Assembly: GCA_002633005.1 (NCBI GenBank)
Contig: NMRA01000938.1
Coordinates: 25,139-60,358, forward strand
DNA length: 35,220 nt
DNA from: Phoronis australis
Taxonomy: Eukaryota > Animalia > Phoronida
Reading direction: 5' to 3'
The position numbers were made by a program, and so were the translations under genes. The notes under the pieces were generated by a model that ran no database searches, was not told where the DNA came from, and worked only from the letters and a program-made list of their open reading frames with translations. Below are positions 10,681-21,136 of the stretch, piece after piece; position 1 is the first letter of the stretch, and each line of letters opens with the position of its first letter.

Positions 10681-11866
10681 TTTAATAGATAATAAATTAA
10701 TTACTCGATAACTATTGGTCCTTAATTAGAACTCCCCGAATTGCTTATGTCCTAAGTTACGAATGACTTTTTATTCCTTTGAATTAAAATTTTATTGATA
10801 GCATCAATCAAACTGTTTGCACTTCCCTTTTATATGGAAGTTCAGTATTGTCCCTCGGGGTCCAGAAGCCCCCGTCTTATCTCCAAAGCCCAGGAAAAAT
10901 CGTGTCTTAAGTTACGGATAAGTCGTCTGGAGTTACTAAACTATCTTTTGGAAAAGGAACTTTTGTTGCACTTAAAAGTTCAAATAAATTGTTAATTGGT
11001 CGTTAATTAATAAATGTCTTAATTAACAACGCAAGATTTTTTCATGTCATAACTGGTATTTTAATTCATTTGAAATACTGTTTTGAATATATTAGTAATC
11101 ATAATTTTTGCATTTCCTCTTTTCAAGTTCCTTTTTGGGTCCTCCTATCCCCTGGGGTTAAAACACCCCCCCCTCTTACCTACAAACCCCGGAAAATCGT
11201 GTCTTAAGTTGTGGATATGGTGTCCAGAGTTACAAAACTATCTCTTGGAAAAAGAATTTTTTATTGCACATACAAGTTTAAATAAATCGTTAATTGGTCG
11301 CTAATTAATAGACGTCTTAAATAATAACGCCAGGCATTTTTGCGTCTTAAGTTGCATCATTTAAATTTGGGTGGTGATTAGAATGAAATATACTTGAAAC
11401 GGATGTTGTACTCGAAATTTTTATTAAATGGATTATGGCCCTCTTTTGGATCCCTCATTGACCAAAGCCCAGGATTGCACAACGTAGGACGCTTCTTTCT
11501 TTCAATGATTGGTGATTTACAATAGAATTAGGCACATGTTGACTTATGCTGAACTGAAGGGCATGTTCAATCGGCTACTTTGCACTTTGTTAAGATTTAA
11601 CTTTGATATATTTTGAAAAAGCAACAATGTTTAAGGTTTTGTACAAAAATATATGGAATTTTCTAATTATTGTAGTGTGAATATCCCATTCAGTTGACCA
11701 CACACTTAGCTTAAAATACAGTGGAAGTCAATTGCGCTTCAAGTTTTGATGATATGTCACAAAATAATTCATATTTTTCTAAATTTTAACGTAGAAAATA
11801 AATCTGAAACTAAATAAGACGATCCAAATCCTCTCAAGGATATCATTGTTTCACGAAATGTAGAAA

Positions 11867-12272
11867 ATAGGTAAATAAAACAACAAGAAAGGATCAACTG
11901 AACTTTTCGGATATAATTACATCGTTCGTCAACAGAAATAGAAATAAATTAAAATCAAACACCATATAACAATTGAAATTTAAGTTGTGACGTAATCAAT
12001 ATGATAAATTGTTGCTGAAAAAATTCAAGGATGTAATTTTAGAAGTTTTCATGTTAAATCTTTTAGGTTCTAGTGTATTGAGCTTATCTATCCAAAATTG
12101 TTCTCTATTGATACTGGGGTATTGGAATTTTTCTATTATTTGTACAGAAAGATCTTCAAGATTTTGGTTTTGGAATTGAAATAATTACCTATAGTATCAG
12201 AAATCTTTTTATGTATTATGTTCAATCTATGATAACGAAACCAAGTTTGTAGATTATGTTGAGTTTGTTCTA
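11867..12272 (-). mobile_element. Inverted 3' part of a Penelope-like element (GIY-YIG C-terminus plus 3' UTR)
   Basis: Reverse complement aligns with 13243-13651 (e.g. caacataatctacaaa.ttggtttcgt; aatagagaacaattttggataga; ttcttgttgttttatttacctat). Confidence 0.85.
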
Positions 12273-12755
12273 GAGCAGACATCACGAATTTTTGAACGAC
12301 CGGTCGGAAATTGGTCGGCGACCGGCCGTCGACCTGTCGGCAAATTAGCCAACCGTTCGGCTAAAAATTAGCCGACCCTCAGCCGGCCGCAGTGCCGACT
12401 CCCCAGCCGAAACTTCAGCCGACCGGCCATCAGACTACCGGCTGGTCGGCTGCTGTTTTTGGGCTAGAGTATCAGTTGCGTAATAGCGCAGGGTCAAATA
12501 AATTAACCCAGTTGTACTGTCTCCGTTACATTAGTTCACATCGTTTGTGTAACACCACTAATTCGAAGGTTGAAGGCAAGCGGTAATAGTAGCATTGGAT
12601 TATGGACAATGCCACAGGTTTTGGATAAAACCGTGAATTTTTTCTTTACATTTGATTAACTGGGGAGTCGGCTTATGAGTCGGCACTGCGGCCGGTTGCC
12701 GGTCGACTAATTTTTAGTCGTCGATCGGTCGGACAAAAATTCGTGATGTGTGATG
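12273..12755. mobile_element. MITE with both TIRs and a TA target-site duplication
   Basis: TA|GAGCAGACATCACGAATTTTTG..CGACCG at left and CGGTCGGACAAAAATTCGTGATGTGTGATG|TA at right. Internal GCCGACC/GGTCGGC arrays. Second copy at 5445-5807. Confidence 0.8.
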
Positions 12756-12760
12756 TAGTT

Positions 12761-13651
12761 CAACGTCTTTTCCCTTGCATCTTATAGACAATTAGTTCGA
12801 CAAAGTTTGCTCAATCTCAAGAAATAAATCTTTAAAAACTAAAACAAAAGACAATACTACCAATAGAATACTTCTCATAACTATAAATCCATGTTTAAAC
12901 TTAATTAGCCACGTCTTCAAAAAACATCTTTCCACGCTCCACATTTCCCCTCAAATGAAAAACCTATTTCCTCATCCACCTATAATTTCTTGGAGAAAAT
13001 GTACAAATCTAAAAAAAAACATTTAGTTAAAGCAAATATCGACAATAAAAGCCAAACTGACGAATCTATTGGCAACACACGATGTAACAAAACTAGATGT
13101 AAAATGTGTAACTTTATCAACGACAGTTCTTTCTTCCAGTCTTACCAAACCAATGATAACTTTGAAATAAAACGTTTTTTCCGACTGCACCACTAACAAT
13201 ATTATTTGCCTAATAACATGTAAAAATGTTCTATCAAATACGTAGGACAAATTCAACATAATCTACAAAGTTGGTTTCGTAACAAAGATTTATTTTAATA
13301 CACAAAGACATGCCTGATACTATTAGTAATCATTTCAATTCCAAAAATCATAATCTTCAAGATCGTTCTGTACAATTAACAGAATAACTCCAATACCCTG
13401 GTACCCCTCACAGACTCAATAGAGAACAATTTTGGATAGATGAGCTCAATACACTTGGACCTATTGAATTAAACATCTAAAAGTATATCCTTGGATTTTG
13501 TCCGCAACAATGTATCATATTAATTACGCCACATTTTAAATGTCAATTGTCATATAGTGTTTGATTTTACTTTATTTCTTTTTCTGTTGAAGAAATGGTT
13601 ATTATATCCGTAAATGTTAGTTGATTCATTCTTGTTGTTTTATTTACCTAT
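12761..13651 (+). mobile_element. Penelope-like retroelement 3' fragment: RT C-terminus, Cys linker and GIY-YIG endonuclease (degenerate)
   Basis: 'CNKTRCKMCNFI', 'DCTTNNIICLITC', 'KYVGQIQHNLQ', 'ISNHFNSKNHN', 'RLNREQFWIDELNTLGPIELNI*' (stop 13478-13480), then a T-rich UTR. Confidence 0.9.
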
Positions 13652-14419
13652 ACATATTTTAAATTTTACGTATGAATCGTTCTTTTAATGCATGCCTTGT
13701 AACTTTTTGTTTTCTTAATTCATATTATCAATGCCCAAACTGTAAAGACTCTTATTTGGAGTAATAATCTATGTTGACTTGTGAAGCTTTCAACCTCCAA
13801 TCCTTTTTCCATGCAACTTCTTCATTTTCAAATCATGCTTGTCGAATTCTAATGTAAGGAAACACCTGGTAGCCATGTTAATAATTAGGCATATCCACTT
13901 TTTTATCACTTAAATTCGACGTGTTGTTGGATACCGTTTGTAATGCGTGAAACTTCTAATGTACTGTGCATTCAAAGTTACTTATTTTGGTAAAAGATTA
14001 GATCATTTTGACTTACATATCAACTTTACTGTACAGAGATTATTTCAGTTTTGACTTATGTACAGTAGATGTAACATTCAACTACCTTGAAAGTCTTTCT
14101 CTGCAGAAACCAACTACATAATTCCGACTGAAAGCACTTGATTTTAATTTGAATTGTGGATAAAATCAAAATCGTCCTCTGATTTGTTCTTTGATTTCTA
14201 TGATTCAGTGACCAAACCATGGTAGAATTAGCTTGCCATAATAAACGCCTGAAATAATATGTTCACTGGCATCTTCAGATAATATTTCCTGATGACTTGG
14301 GTTAAAACATGAATTTAAAAAACAAGTTCAGAAGACTTCCATTTCAAGTATTCTTGTAATCCTGTCATTGTGATAGCCACCTCCACTAAAATTTCAATTA
14401 TATATGTGGTTAGATTTAA

Positions 14420-14843
14420 AGGTGACATCCTTCCTACTCACTGCTCAAAATGAAAAAAAAAACAATGAAAACTGTAATATTTTTTATTAGACTTCATTAT
14501 TTGTGATACACTGGTCCTTGCATTACGTTGGCAAAAAAAAATTTAGTTATGGCAACAAATGGAGTTGAAAGAAATTATCATATGAAGCAAGCAATAACCT
14601 TGAGGGTTGAGTGCCTGAAGACATTGCAATACACAGCTGGCTTCCTGGTCTGACATCACAGACGGTTATCTAACCACAGATGCCTGTTCACACAACTGAC
14701 TCGGCTGAAGTCGGATGAGGTCATTACTGCGGGGCATTTCCAATTAACAAAGCTGTGCGGACAAGAATTGCCCTGTGCAAGATATTCACGTATAGTGCTA
14801 GTATTTGTGTTGAAAAGTTGTTGTTTGGTGTGGAACTATGTCT
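14420..14843. mobile_element. Possible TTAA-flanked (Kolobok-like) non-autonomous element
   Basis: TTAA|AGGTGACATCC at left and GGAACTATGTCT|TTAA at right. The TIR match is poor. Confidence 0.3.
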
Positions 14844-14984
14844 TTAAATCTTAAAATTTCAACACGAGGAGGAAAGACACTGCTCACAACAGAACGATTC
14901 CGTTCAATAAACATCTGAGATTTGTGAAACTCAAAACCAATTCCGGCCCAGATAAGAAGTAGCTGATAAACGTGCTAAATTTTG

Positions 14985-15690
14985 TCAATACCTTTTTCAT
15001 CGCAGATCAACATGACGTTGAGACTGTGATCGTTCTTCCTGTTTACAAAGTCGGCTTCGTTCTCAGTCGGTGCAAATATCTTGACATGTGTTCCATCAAC
15101 ACAACCTATTACACCGGAAAATCGAGCCATTCTGTAGAAACCGGCCCTTATGTCGTTCAGCCTCTGAGGGGTTATAGGAATCGTACAAATCTATTTAAAT
15201 TTTTAACTATTGCAGAAGTGACACAATTTGACTGATACTTGACTTGTTCAGGCTGTAGAACGTGTTACCGACAACGATCATGAAGCTGCCAGTTGCAAGG
15301 TACCTTAGGCACACTAACACTTGAATTAAGGTTTACATTGAGAGATTTCTTCTTGTGGCAGGTTTAACATTTTCGTCTACTAGCCCACAAATAAATTGGA
15401 TAGCTTCTCGACCAAAGCGAAACTTCCCTCTTAGCTCTTCATCCGTGTACTTGTTCAGGTGACCAGTAACTTCTCTTTCAAATTGCCTCTGTCTTGGTCT
15501 AAATCTATGCAGTGCGTTCAGTTTGACTGAGATATCTGATGTCTGATGGTCGGGTAACTTTACACAGCGGATAGTGTAAGTTATACGGCGGATAACTCTA
15601 TACGATTTTTATGCAACCCCACTTATCCGGCGTATAAAAAGTTATTCTCCGGATAAGGACTTATCCGGCGCACATATTTGCAATTTGTCC
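14985..15690 (-). mobile_element. PIF/Harbinger transposon 5' part: terminus plus N-terminal half of a HARBI1-like transposase (pseudogene ~14985-15520)
   Basis: 'YTDEELRGKFRFGREAIQFICGLV...QVLVCLRYLATGSF...SKSSIS-like (NKSSIS)' and 'GFYRMARFSGVIGCVDGTHVKIFAPTENEADFVNRKNDHSLNVMLICD'. The terminus reads GGGACAAATTGCAAA on the minus strand, with ttatccggcg/ggataa repeats at 15565-15670. Confidence 0.88.
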
Positions 15691-15899
15691 CACTCTAGCC
15701 AAAATCAGTTGGCATTCAGTTTGTAGGTGTGTGGTGACTTGTAATCACTTTATGTTGCATCAAGTGATTTTGATTAGATTTCACACGTGGGCAGAGCACC
15801 TCGCACTGTTTCTCTTTTGGTAGTTCTTTTCATGTCCCACAAAGGTCATTACACAATATTCATAATAGACTTAAAAATAGTAAAACTACTAAAACTAAA

Positions 15900-16060
15900 A
15901 CGACGGGCGTCGGTACTAAAATATATTGAAATATCCCCACGATTCCAGCGATGCGCTCTTTGTCAAACGTGCTAAAGACTGCAGAGTACATGTGGATGGA
16001 TTTAAAATAAAATGGCACAGGATACAATAGACAGCGTGAACAATATGAACAGGCCTACGT

Positions 16061-16100
<40 letters not shown>

Positions 16101-16173
16101 NNNNNNNNNNNNNNNNNNNNNNNNNNNNNNNNNNNNNNNNNNNNNNNNNNNNNNNNNNNNNNNNNNNNNNNNN

Positions 16174-16217
<44 letters not shown>

Positions 16218-16287
16218 AGACCAAAACAGCGACAAACGTGCTATTGGAGTCTATTCACTACAGACATGTATTGAGACAGAACACCTA
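15900..16287 (-). mobile_element. 3' end of Penelope-like element #2 (continuation of 21137-21760)
   Basis: Joining across the CTA duplication restores 'ARGLNRDIGVLSQYMSV'. The UTR contains (TC)n and a degenerate hammerhead-like motif at ~15935-15970. Confidence 0.7.
16064..16220. repeat. (GA)n microsatellite spanning an assembly gap (N at 16101-16173)
   Basis: Directly visible; true length unknown. Confidence 0.98.
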
Positions 16288-16414
16288 TAAACCGGGATCC
16301 CATATTTTTGGGCATGAAAAGGTAACCAATTTTCTTTGGTGCTTGGAAATGGCCGTCTGGCAGGTTTGCTCAGGTGGATGTGATCAGGGGAGCCAAGAGA
16401 ATGACACTCAAGAA

Positions 16415-17150
16415 TTGAGCTAGATCAACTTTTATGGTAACCACTTCAAACTGCCTTAGATACCTACTACGTCATCCCTTTATCAAAATTGGTCACTTCC
16501 AGACAATTTCAGTGGTGGGGAGTATCAGTCAGACGATTATAAACAAGGTAAAACATTGAGCTAGATCAATCCAAGAGGTAACCGCATGAAACCAGTTGCA
16601 AAATATTCACCGTGAGTCCAGGTATCACGAATGAACACTGCCAGACAAATCTAGTAGTGGGTTTGTTCCGCCAGACACACCCAAATACCCGAGTTGAGCT
16701 AGATCATCCCACCAGGTAACCGTTTGAAACCAATTGCACGATGTTCAGCATTCCTGTACATGGCACAACAGTTAGAAGCCAGACAATTTCAGTGCCGGGG
16801 TGCCCATGGCAGACGATTATCAAAAAGGATTAAAGATTGATCTAGATTAATCCAAGAGGTAACCGCTTAAAACCAATTCCAAAATATTCACTGTAAGCCC
16901 AGGTATTACGAACAAACAATGCCAAACAAATCTAATGGTGGGTTAGCCCCGCCAGAAGGACCCAAATACCTGAGTTGAGCTAGATCAACCCAAGATGTAA
17001 CCGCATGAAACCAGTTGCAAAATATTCCAGGTATCAAGAATAAATACTGCCAGACAAATCTAGTGGTGGGTTATCCCTGCCAGACACGCCAAGTACCTGA
17101 GATGAGGTGGATCAACCCGCCATGTTATCGTTTGAAACTACTTGCATAAT
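16415..17150. repeat. Six tandem ~140-bp modules in the left TIR, mirrored at ~20265-20985
   Basis: Anchor ttgagctagatcaa...ggtaaccg...gaaacca.ttgca at ~16417, 16557, 16694, 16837, 16975 and 17103; inverted at ~20299, 20438, 20576, 20719, 20824 and 20969. Confidence 0.9.
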
Positions 17151-17264
17151 GTCGAGACAGACATTTTTAGCGGTGGGGCAGTATCATGCAGAGGTTTGGT
17201 CGATTCAGGAGCTACTTCTTATTAGACGCACCTATCTCTCAAATGCAATCGTGTATATCCTATT

Positions 17265-19009
17265 CAGGTCCGTAGCCAGCATTGAGCTGGGGGTGATTCG
17301 AATTTCAAAAACGGTCGACCTTGGTATTTTGCAAATGTTGACTCTGTAGAGTTTTCGGTAAGGCCTTTGACTCAGCTTAATTAGGGGAGATGGAAATCTG
17401 TACACACAACAATGACTCATGTTCATGATATGAGAAGAAATGTGTAATACCACAAACGAGGATCCTGTGACGGTTTCTCGCAAACAACGGGACACAAATT
17501 AAGATTTAATGTGGTCCAAAAAGAGAACATTCTGAATTTTTCCTGCTAATGTTTCTAATCAGCCATGCTTAAATGAGTGTTTACACCTCATTGCATACTC
17601 AGACGGAAATATGAAGTTTAGTCGGCGAACGACTTAACAAAATTGTTTTATGGTTGTATTTTAACGTGTTACTTAAGTTGATTACATCTCTGGAAATGAA
17701 AACATCCCACTATTTCGAAAGTTTACTAATCGGAAGATTCACTATTCCGAAGGTTCAATACTTTGACGATTCACCACTGCTAAGATTCCCCGTTCCAAAA
17801 ACTATCTAAACTTTCAAACTCAGATGTGATTTTTAAACTTTTACATGCTAAAATAAACGATATTTCGGTTATTACATCTATCTATACCGAAAACAACACC
17901 CGGGTACTAAAACACTTTGTTTGGATTTGATTTAGACAGTGACCATCGTCTCGAGATGGCAAGCATAACTAGAAACGGTAGTCAGATTTCATGTGCATGC
18001 GAAATTGCCCACATGTCTTAAAATTAGTACGCACTTGCATTTTAAAATGATATGAAGCAGCAATACTGATAAATTATCAACCATGACACAATTTATCAAA
18101 TCCATGTTGAGATCGAATAGCACCGCGACGCACACGGTCGGGTTGTAACTAAATGAAGTTACTAGGCCACCCTGTCCCCGCCAGTCCTGACGAAGTCAAG
18201 TAGTCCCATTTAGTCTTTTTAAATTCAAAACCGACGCAGCCGTGCCCCAGATGTTGTCTCTGCTTGAGAATGAGTCGTGCTCACACAATCAGAGTGGTGA
18301 ATTGTCGGTGATTTTGGAATAGTTGAAATTCAAAGTAGTGAATTTTAGAAGATAACGATTGGTCACGCTGAGTACTGGACCTTCGGATTATTGAACCTTC
18401 GTCATATCGACATTGACCCCTGGAAATCTTTTCCATCAAGTGTGCAAGGTTTTGCACCATTAACATTGATTGACTAGAGAAGATTTTCAATTCACCATAC
18501 ATGTACATGTAGTTGAGGTCTAGGCCTACTTTAATTTCCATCATAACGTGAAAGTGCTGGACGGGGTATTCTCAGTGCAAGAAAACGCGGTAGATGAATG
18601 CCTGGTTTTTTAGCACTACATAGGACTGCCTATAATGAACATATCGTCAACATGTACTGAATTTAAAAGAACAGAAACGTTCAAACGTGTACACGCATGC
18701 ATGTCAATCCACCAATCCTCAATCAAAGTGGACACTGGATGATCTACATATTTGCATTTTTAGACGATCACGCTCAATTCAAAATTTGAAAATGTCTGCA
18801 CTTTACAATACTATGGTTGCAATTAAACCAAATATAGCTGAATAACAAATCTCAAATTTTCTGCTATTTTGTTTCTTGGCCATTCACACAGCACTACTTT
18901 TTGGGAGATCTCTCGTTGCTACATATATGTACGTAACATGAAGCTTACATAGGTCTAAGGGGGAGGGGTTCGATCGAACCCCCATAAACCTCCCCCGGCT
19001 ACGGGCCTG
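17265..19009. mobile_element. hAT-like non-autonomous element nested in Academ-like #2
   Basis: TIRs CAGGTCCGTAGCCAG and CCGGCTACGGGCCTG (13/15 match). Flanks TCCTATT and TACTATT (6/7 match, possible TSD). Confidence 0.6.
17705..17800. repeat. Degenerate ~16-bp tandem repeat (TTCACTATTCCGAAGG-like, about 6 copies)
   Basis: cccactatttcgaaag / tttactaatcggaaga / ttcactattccgaagg / ttcaatactttgacga / ttcaccactgctaaga. Confidence 0.65.
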
Positions 19010-19239
19010 TACTATTAATAATAAATTAAAAAGGTGAAGCATGAACTAGAATCTTTATTTAATTCAACTACAATTCAGTCAATATTTCCAAAAAGATTAT
19101 ACATGGTGGTTGGTTCCCCCCTTCCCCAACGTCTATGCCCGGGGCCGTCGCCACGGTGACTAAGCACAATATACAACATCTACGAATAATTAATTTGAAC
19201 GTGTTTTACAATCACTGTTAAGCAAAAAGCCAACAGTTC

Positions 19240-19760
19240 CATTGCCTGGATATCCGTGTCGCGCAACTATCAAGACTCGTTATACCCACGAATTGTGGAT
19301 AACATGTTCGCAACTTGACCAGAATGTTATATCTTCATTACAGCTTTGGTAGTTTCCAAGTAATCTAACTCGACCATTGGTTCCCAATATCAGGTGCCGC
19401 AGAGGTGTTTTCTACCTTTTTGGAGAACACCCTATCAAACGTAAACTTACGTACTGTTCCAAAGAGAGGTCAACAGCTGATCTATTGATATTCTTCCTCG
19501 TACGTCGCACTGAGAACGCACCGTTTTGCAGCACTTCACGTAATATTGGGTCTGCAAATGTCAGCTTTTGGTAAAACAATGTTCCCCATCTGGCGTAGCT
19601 TAGGCGGTTCAGGGCAAAGAATACATCTAGCATAGTTGATATAGCAACTTGCGTCACTGTTCTTGGCGCATCTCTGGAGTTCTCTGTGTGCTCGGTTTAT
19701 GAGAAAGAAGGAAATGGCCCAAAACTGAGCAGTTTTGCCAAATTTGTCATTAATCAATAT
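19240..19760 (-). pseudogene. Academ-type transposase fragment (region downstream of that in element #1)
   Basis: 'KFGKTAQFWAI...HRELQR' and 'LDVFFALNRLSYARWGTLFYQKL...EVLQNGAFSVRRTRKNINRSAVDLSLEQ' match FF..N..NYARW / G.FS.RR / D..LEQ. Confidence 0.75.
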
Positions 19761-21136
19761 GCGAAATAAAGGTAGTTGGCGCGCATTTATAACGCAGACG
19801 ACAGCTAAAAACGGCATTTCGATTATCATTCGCTTTAGCAGTTGCATCAAAAGACTCGTACGAAAAAAGACGGACGCAGTTTAAACTGGTAAATTAGGTC
19901 AACAAAAAATCGAATTTAATGCAAACACAATGTGCTATCAGTCTTGGACGAGTTTTTAGGCTTCGTTTAGTGAATAGTGAATCATGTGGAGTATTCCGCT
20001 GATTTCGCATGGACTTGTTAGGTCCCTGCAACCTCAGGCTTGATGTTTCTGGTTTTCATGAGCTGACATAAACTTGCAGACAAAAGTCTCTCACCTCGTG
20101 TGGTGACCTATGTCGTTTGGACTAAGTGGCTTTATTGAAAATCAAAGTACCTGATTCCTGAATGTGATGCTTATTCAGGGTGAATGGACTTATAATAAAT
20201 TTTGTTTTGACTCTTTGCCTGATGGGGGCATTTTACTGCTATGCCACATACAGTTATGCTGAACTTCGGACAATTGGTTTCAAGCGGATACCTGGCGGAT
20301 TGATCTAGCTCAGCTCAGGTTCTGGGGCGTGTCAGGCGGGGCTAACCCACCACTGGATTTGTCTGACAGTATTCATTCTTGATACCCAGGCTCATGGCGA
20401 ATATTCTGCAACTGGTTTCATGCGATTATCTCTTGGGTTGATCTAGCTCAACTCAGGTAATTGGGCGGGTCTGGCGGGGCCAACCCACCCCTAGATTTGT
20501 CAGGCAGTGTCTATTCGTGAAACATGGGATTAAGGTGAATATTTCGGAACTGGTTTGAAGCGGTTACCTCTTGGGTTGATCTAGTTCAGTTTTTAACCCT
20601 TTTTGATAATCGTCTAGCAGGGACACCCCACCTCTGAAGTTTTCTGGCATCTAACTGTTGTGCAATGTACAGTGATGCTGAACATCGTGCAATTGGGTTT
20701 AAACAGTTATCTGGTGGGTTGATCTAGCTCAACTCGTGTATTTGGGCGTGTCTGTCGGGGCTAACCCACTATTAGATTTGTCTGGCATATTTTGCAACTG
20801 GGTTCATGCGGTTACCTCTTGGATTAATATAGCTCAATTCTTTACCTTGTTTATAATCGTGTGGCTGATACTCTCCACCACTGATATTGTCTGGCGGTAA
20901 CCAATTTTGATACAATGGATTACGTAGTAGGTATCTTAGGCAGTTTGATGTGGTTACCAGAAAAGTTATTGTAGCTCAATTCTTGAGTGTCATTCCCTTG
21001 GCTCCCAGACAACACCCACCAGAGCGAACCTGCCAAAGGGCCATTTCCAAGCATCAGGATACCCATAGAGCACTGTGGCACCAAAGAAAATTGGTAATAC
21101 CTTTTCATGCCCAAAAAGTTCTGGTATCACGGTCTA

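Larger units (their letters stand above)
8415..11535 (-). mobile_element. Internally deleted Academ-like DNA transposon #1 with ~0.85-1.1 kb TIRs
   Basis: 8453-~9560 is an inverted repeat of ~10700-11535 (gtgcctaattatattgtaaatcacc vs ggtgatttacaatagaattaggcac). It encloses an Academ-type transposase fragment. Candidate TAG start at 8415; the outermost right end and TSD are not seen. Confidence 0.7.
16288..21136 (-). mobile_element. Academ-like DNA transposon #2 with both ends, ~860-bp TIRs and 3-bp TSD (CTA)
   Basis: Left end cta|TAAACCGGGATCCCATATTTTTGGGCATGAAAAGG. Right end CCTTTTCATGCCCAAAAAGTTCTGGTATCACGGTCTA|cta (reverse complement starts TAG). TIRs 16288-~17150 and ~20265-21136. Contains an Academ-type transposase fragment. 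TAG termini and 3-4 bp TSDs are known Academ hallmarks. Confidence 0.85.

Noticed and set aside
8682-11304. Similar small ORFs ('KSCLKLRIWCPELLNYLLEK') suggesting a peptide family
   Set aside because: The similarity comes from the non-coding ~300-bp TIR module; frames are not preserved across all units.
5445-12755. Composite transposon bounded by the two MITE copies
   Set aside because: The termini at 5807 and 12273 face inward, the right copy has its own TA TSD, and no outer left end or shared TSD is seen.
15916-16290. ORFs with LS/RE dipeptide runs
   Set aside because: Translations of the (GA)n microsatellite and the N gap.
16415-17150. CRISPR-like regularly spaced repeats (also 8660-9480)
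   Set aside because: Whole units are homologous, with no unique spacers. They are mirrored as TIRs, no cas genes are present and the context is eukaryotic.
16238-21114. Paired ORFs ending 'NDTQELS'
   Set aside because: Chance reading frames in the two arms of the same TIR.
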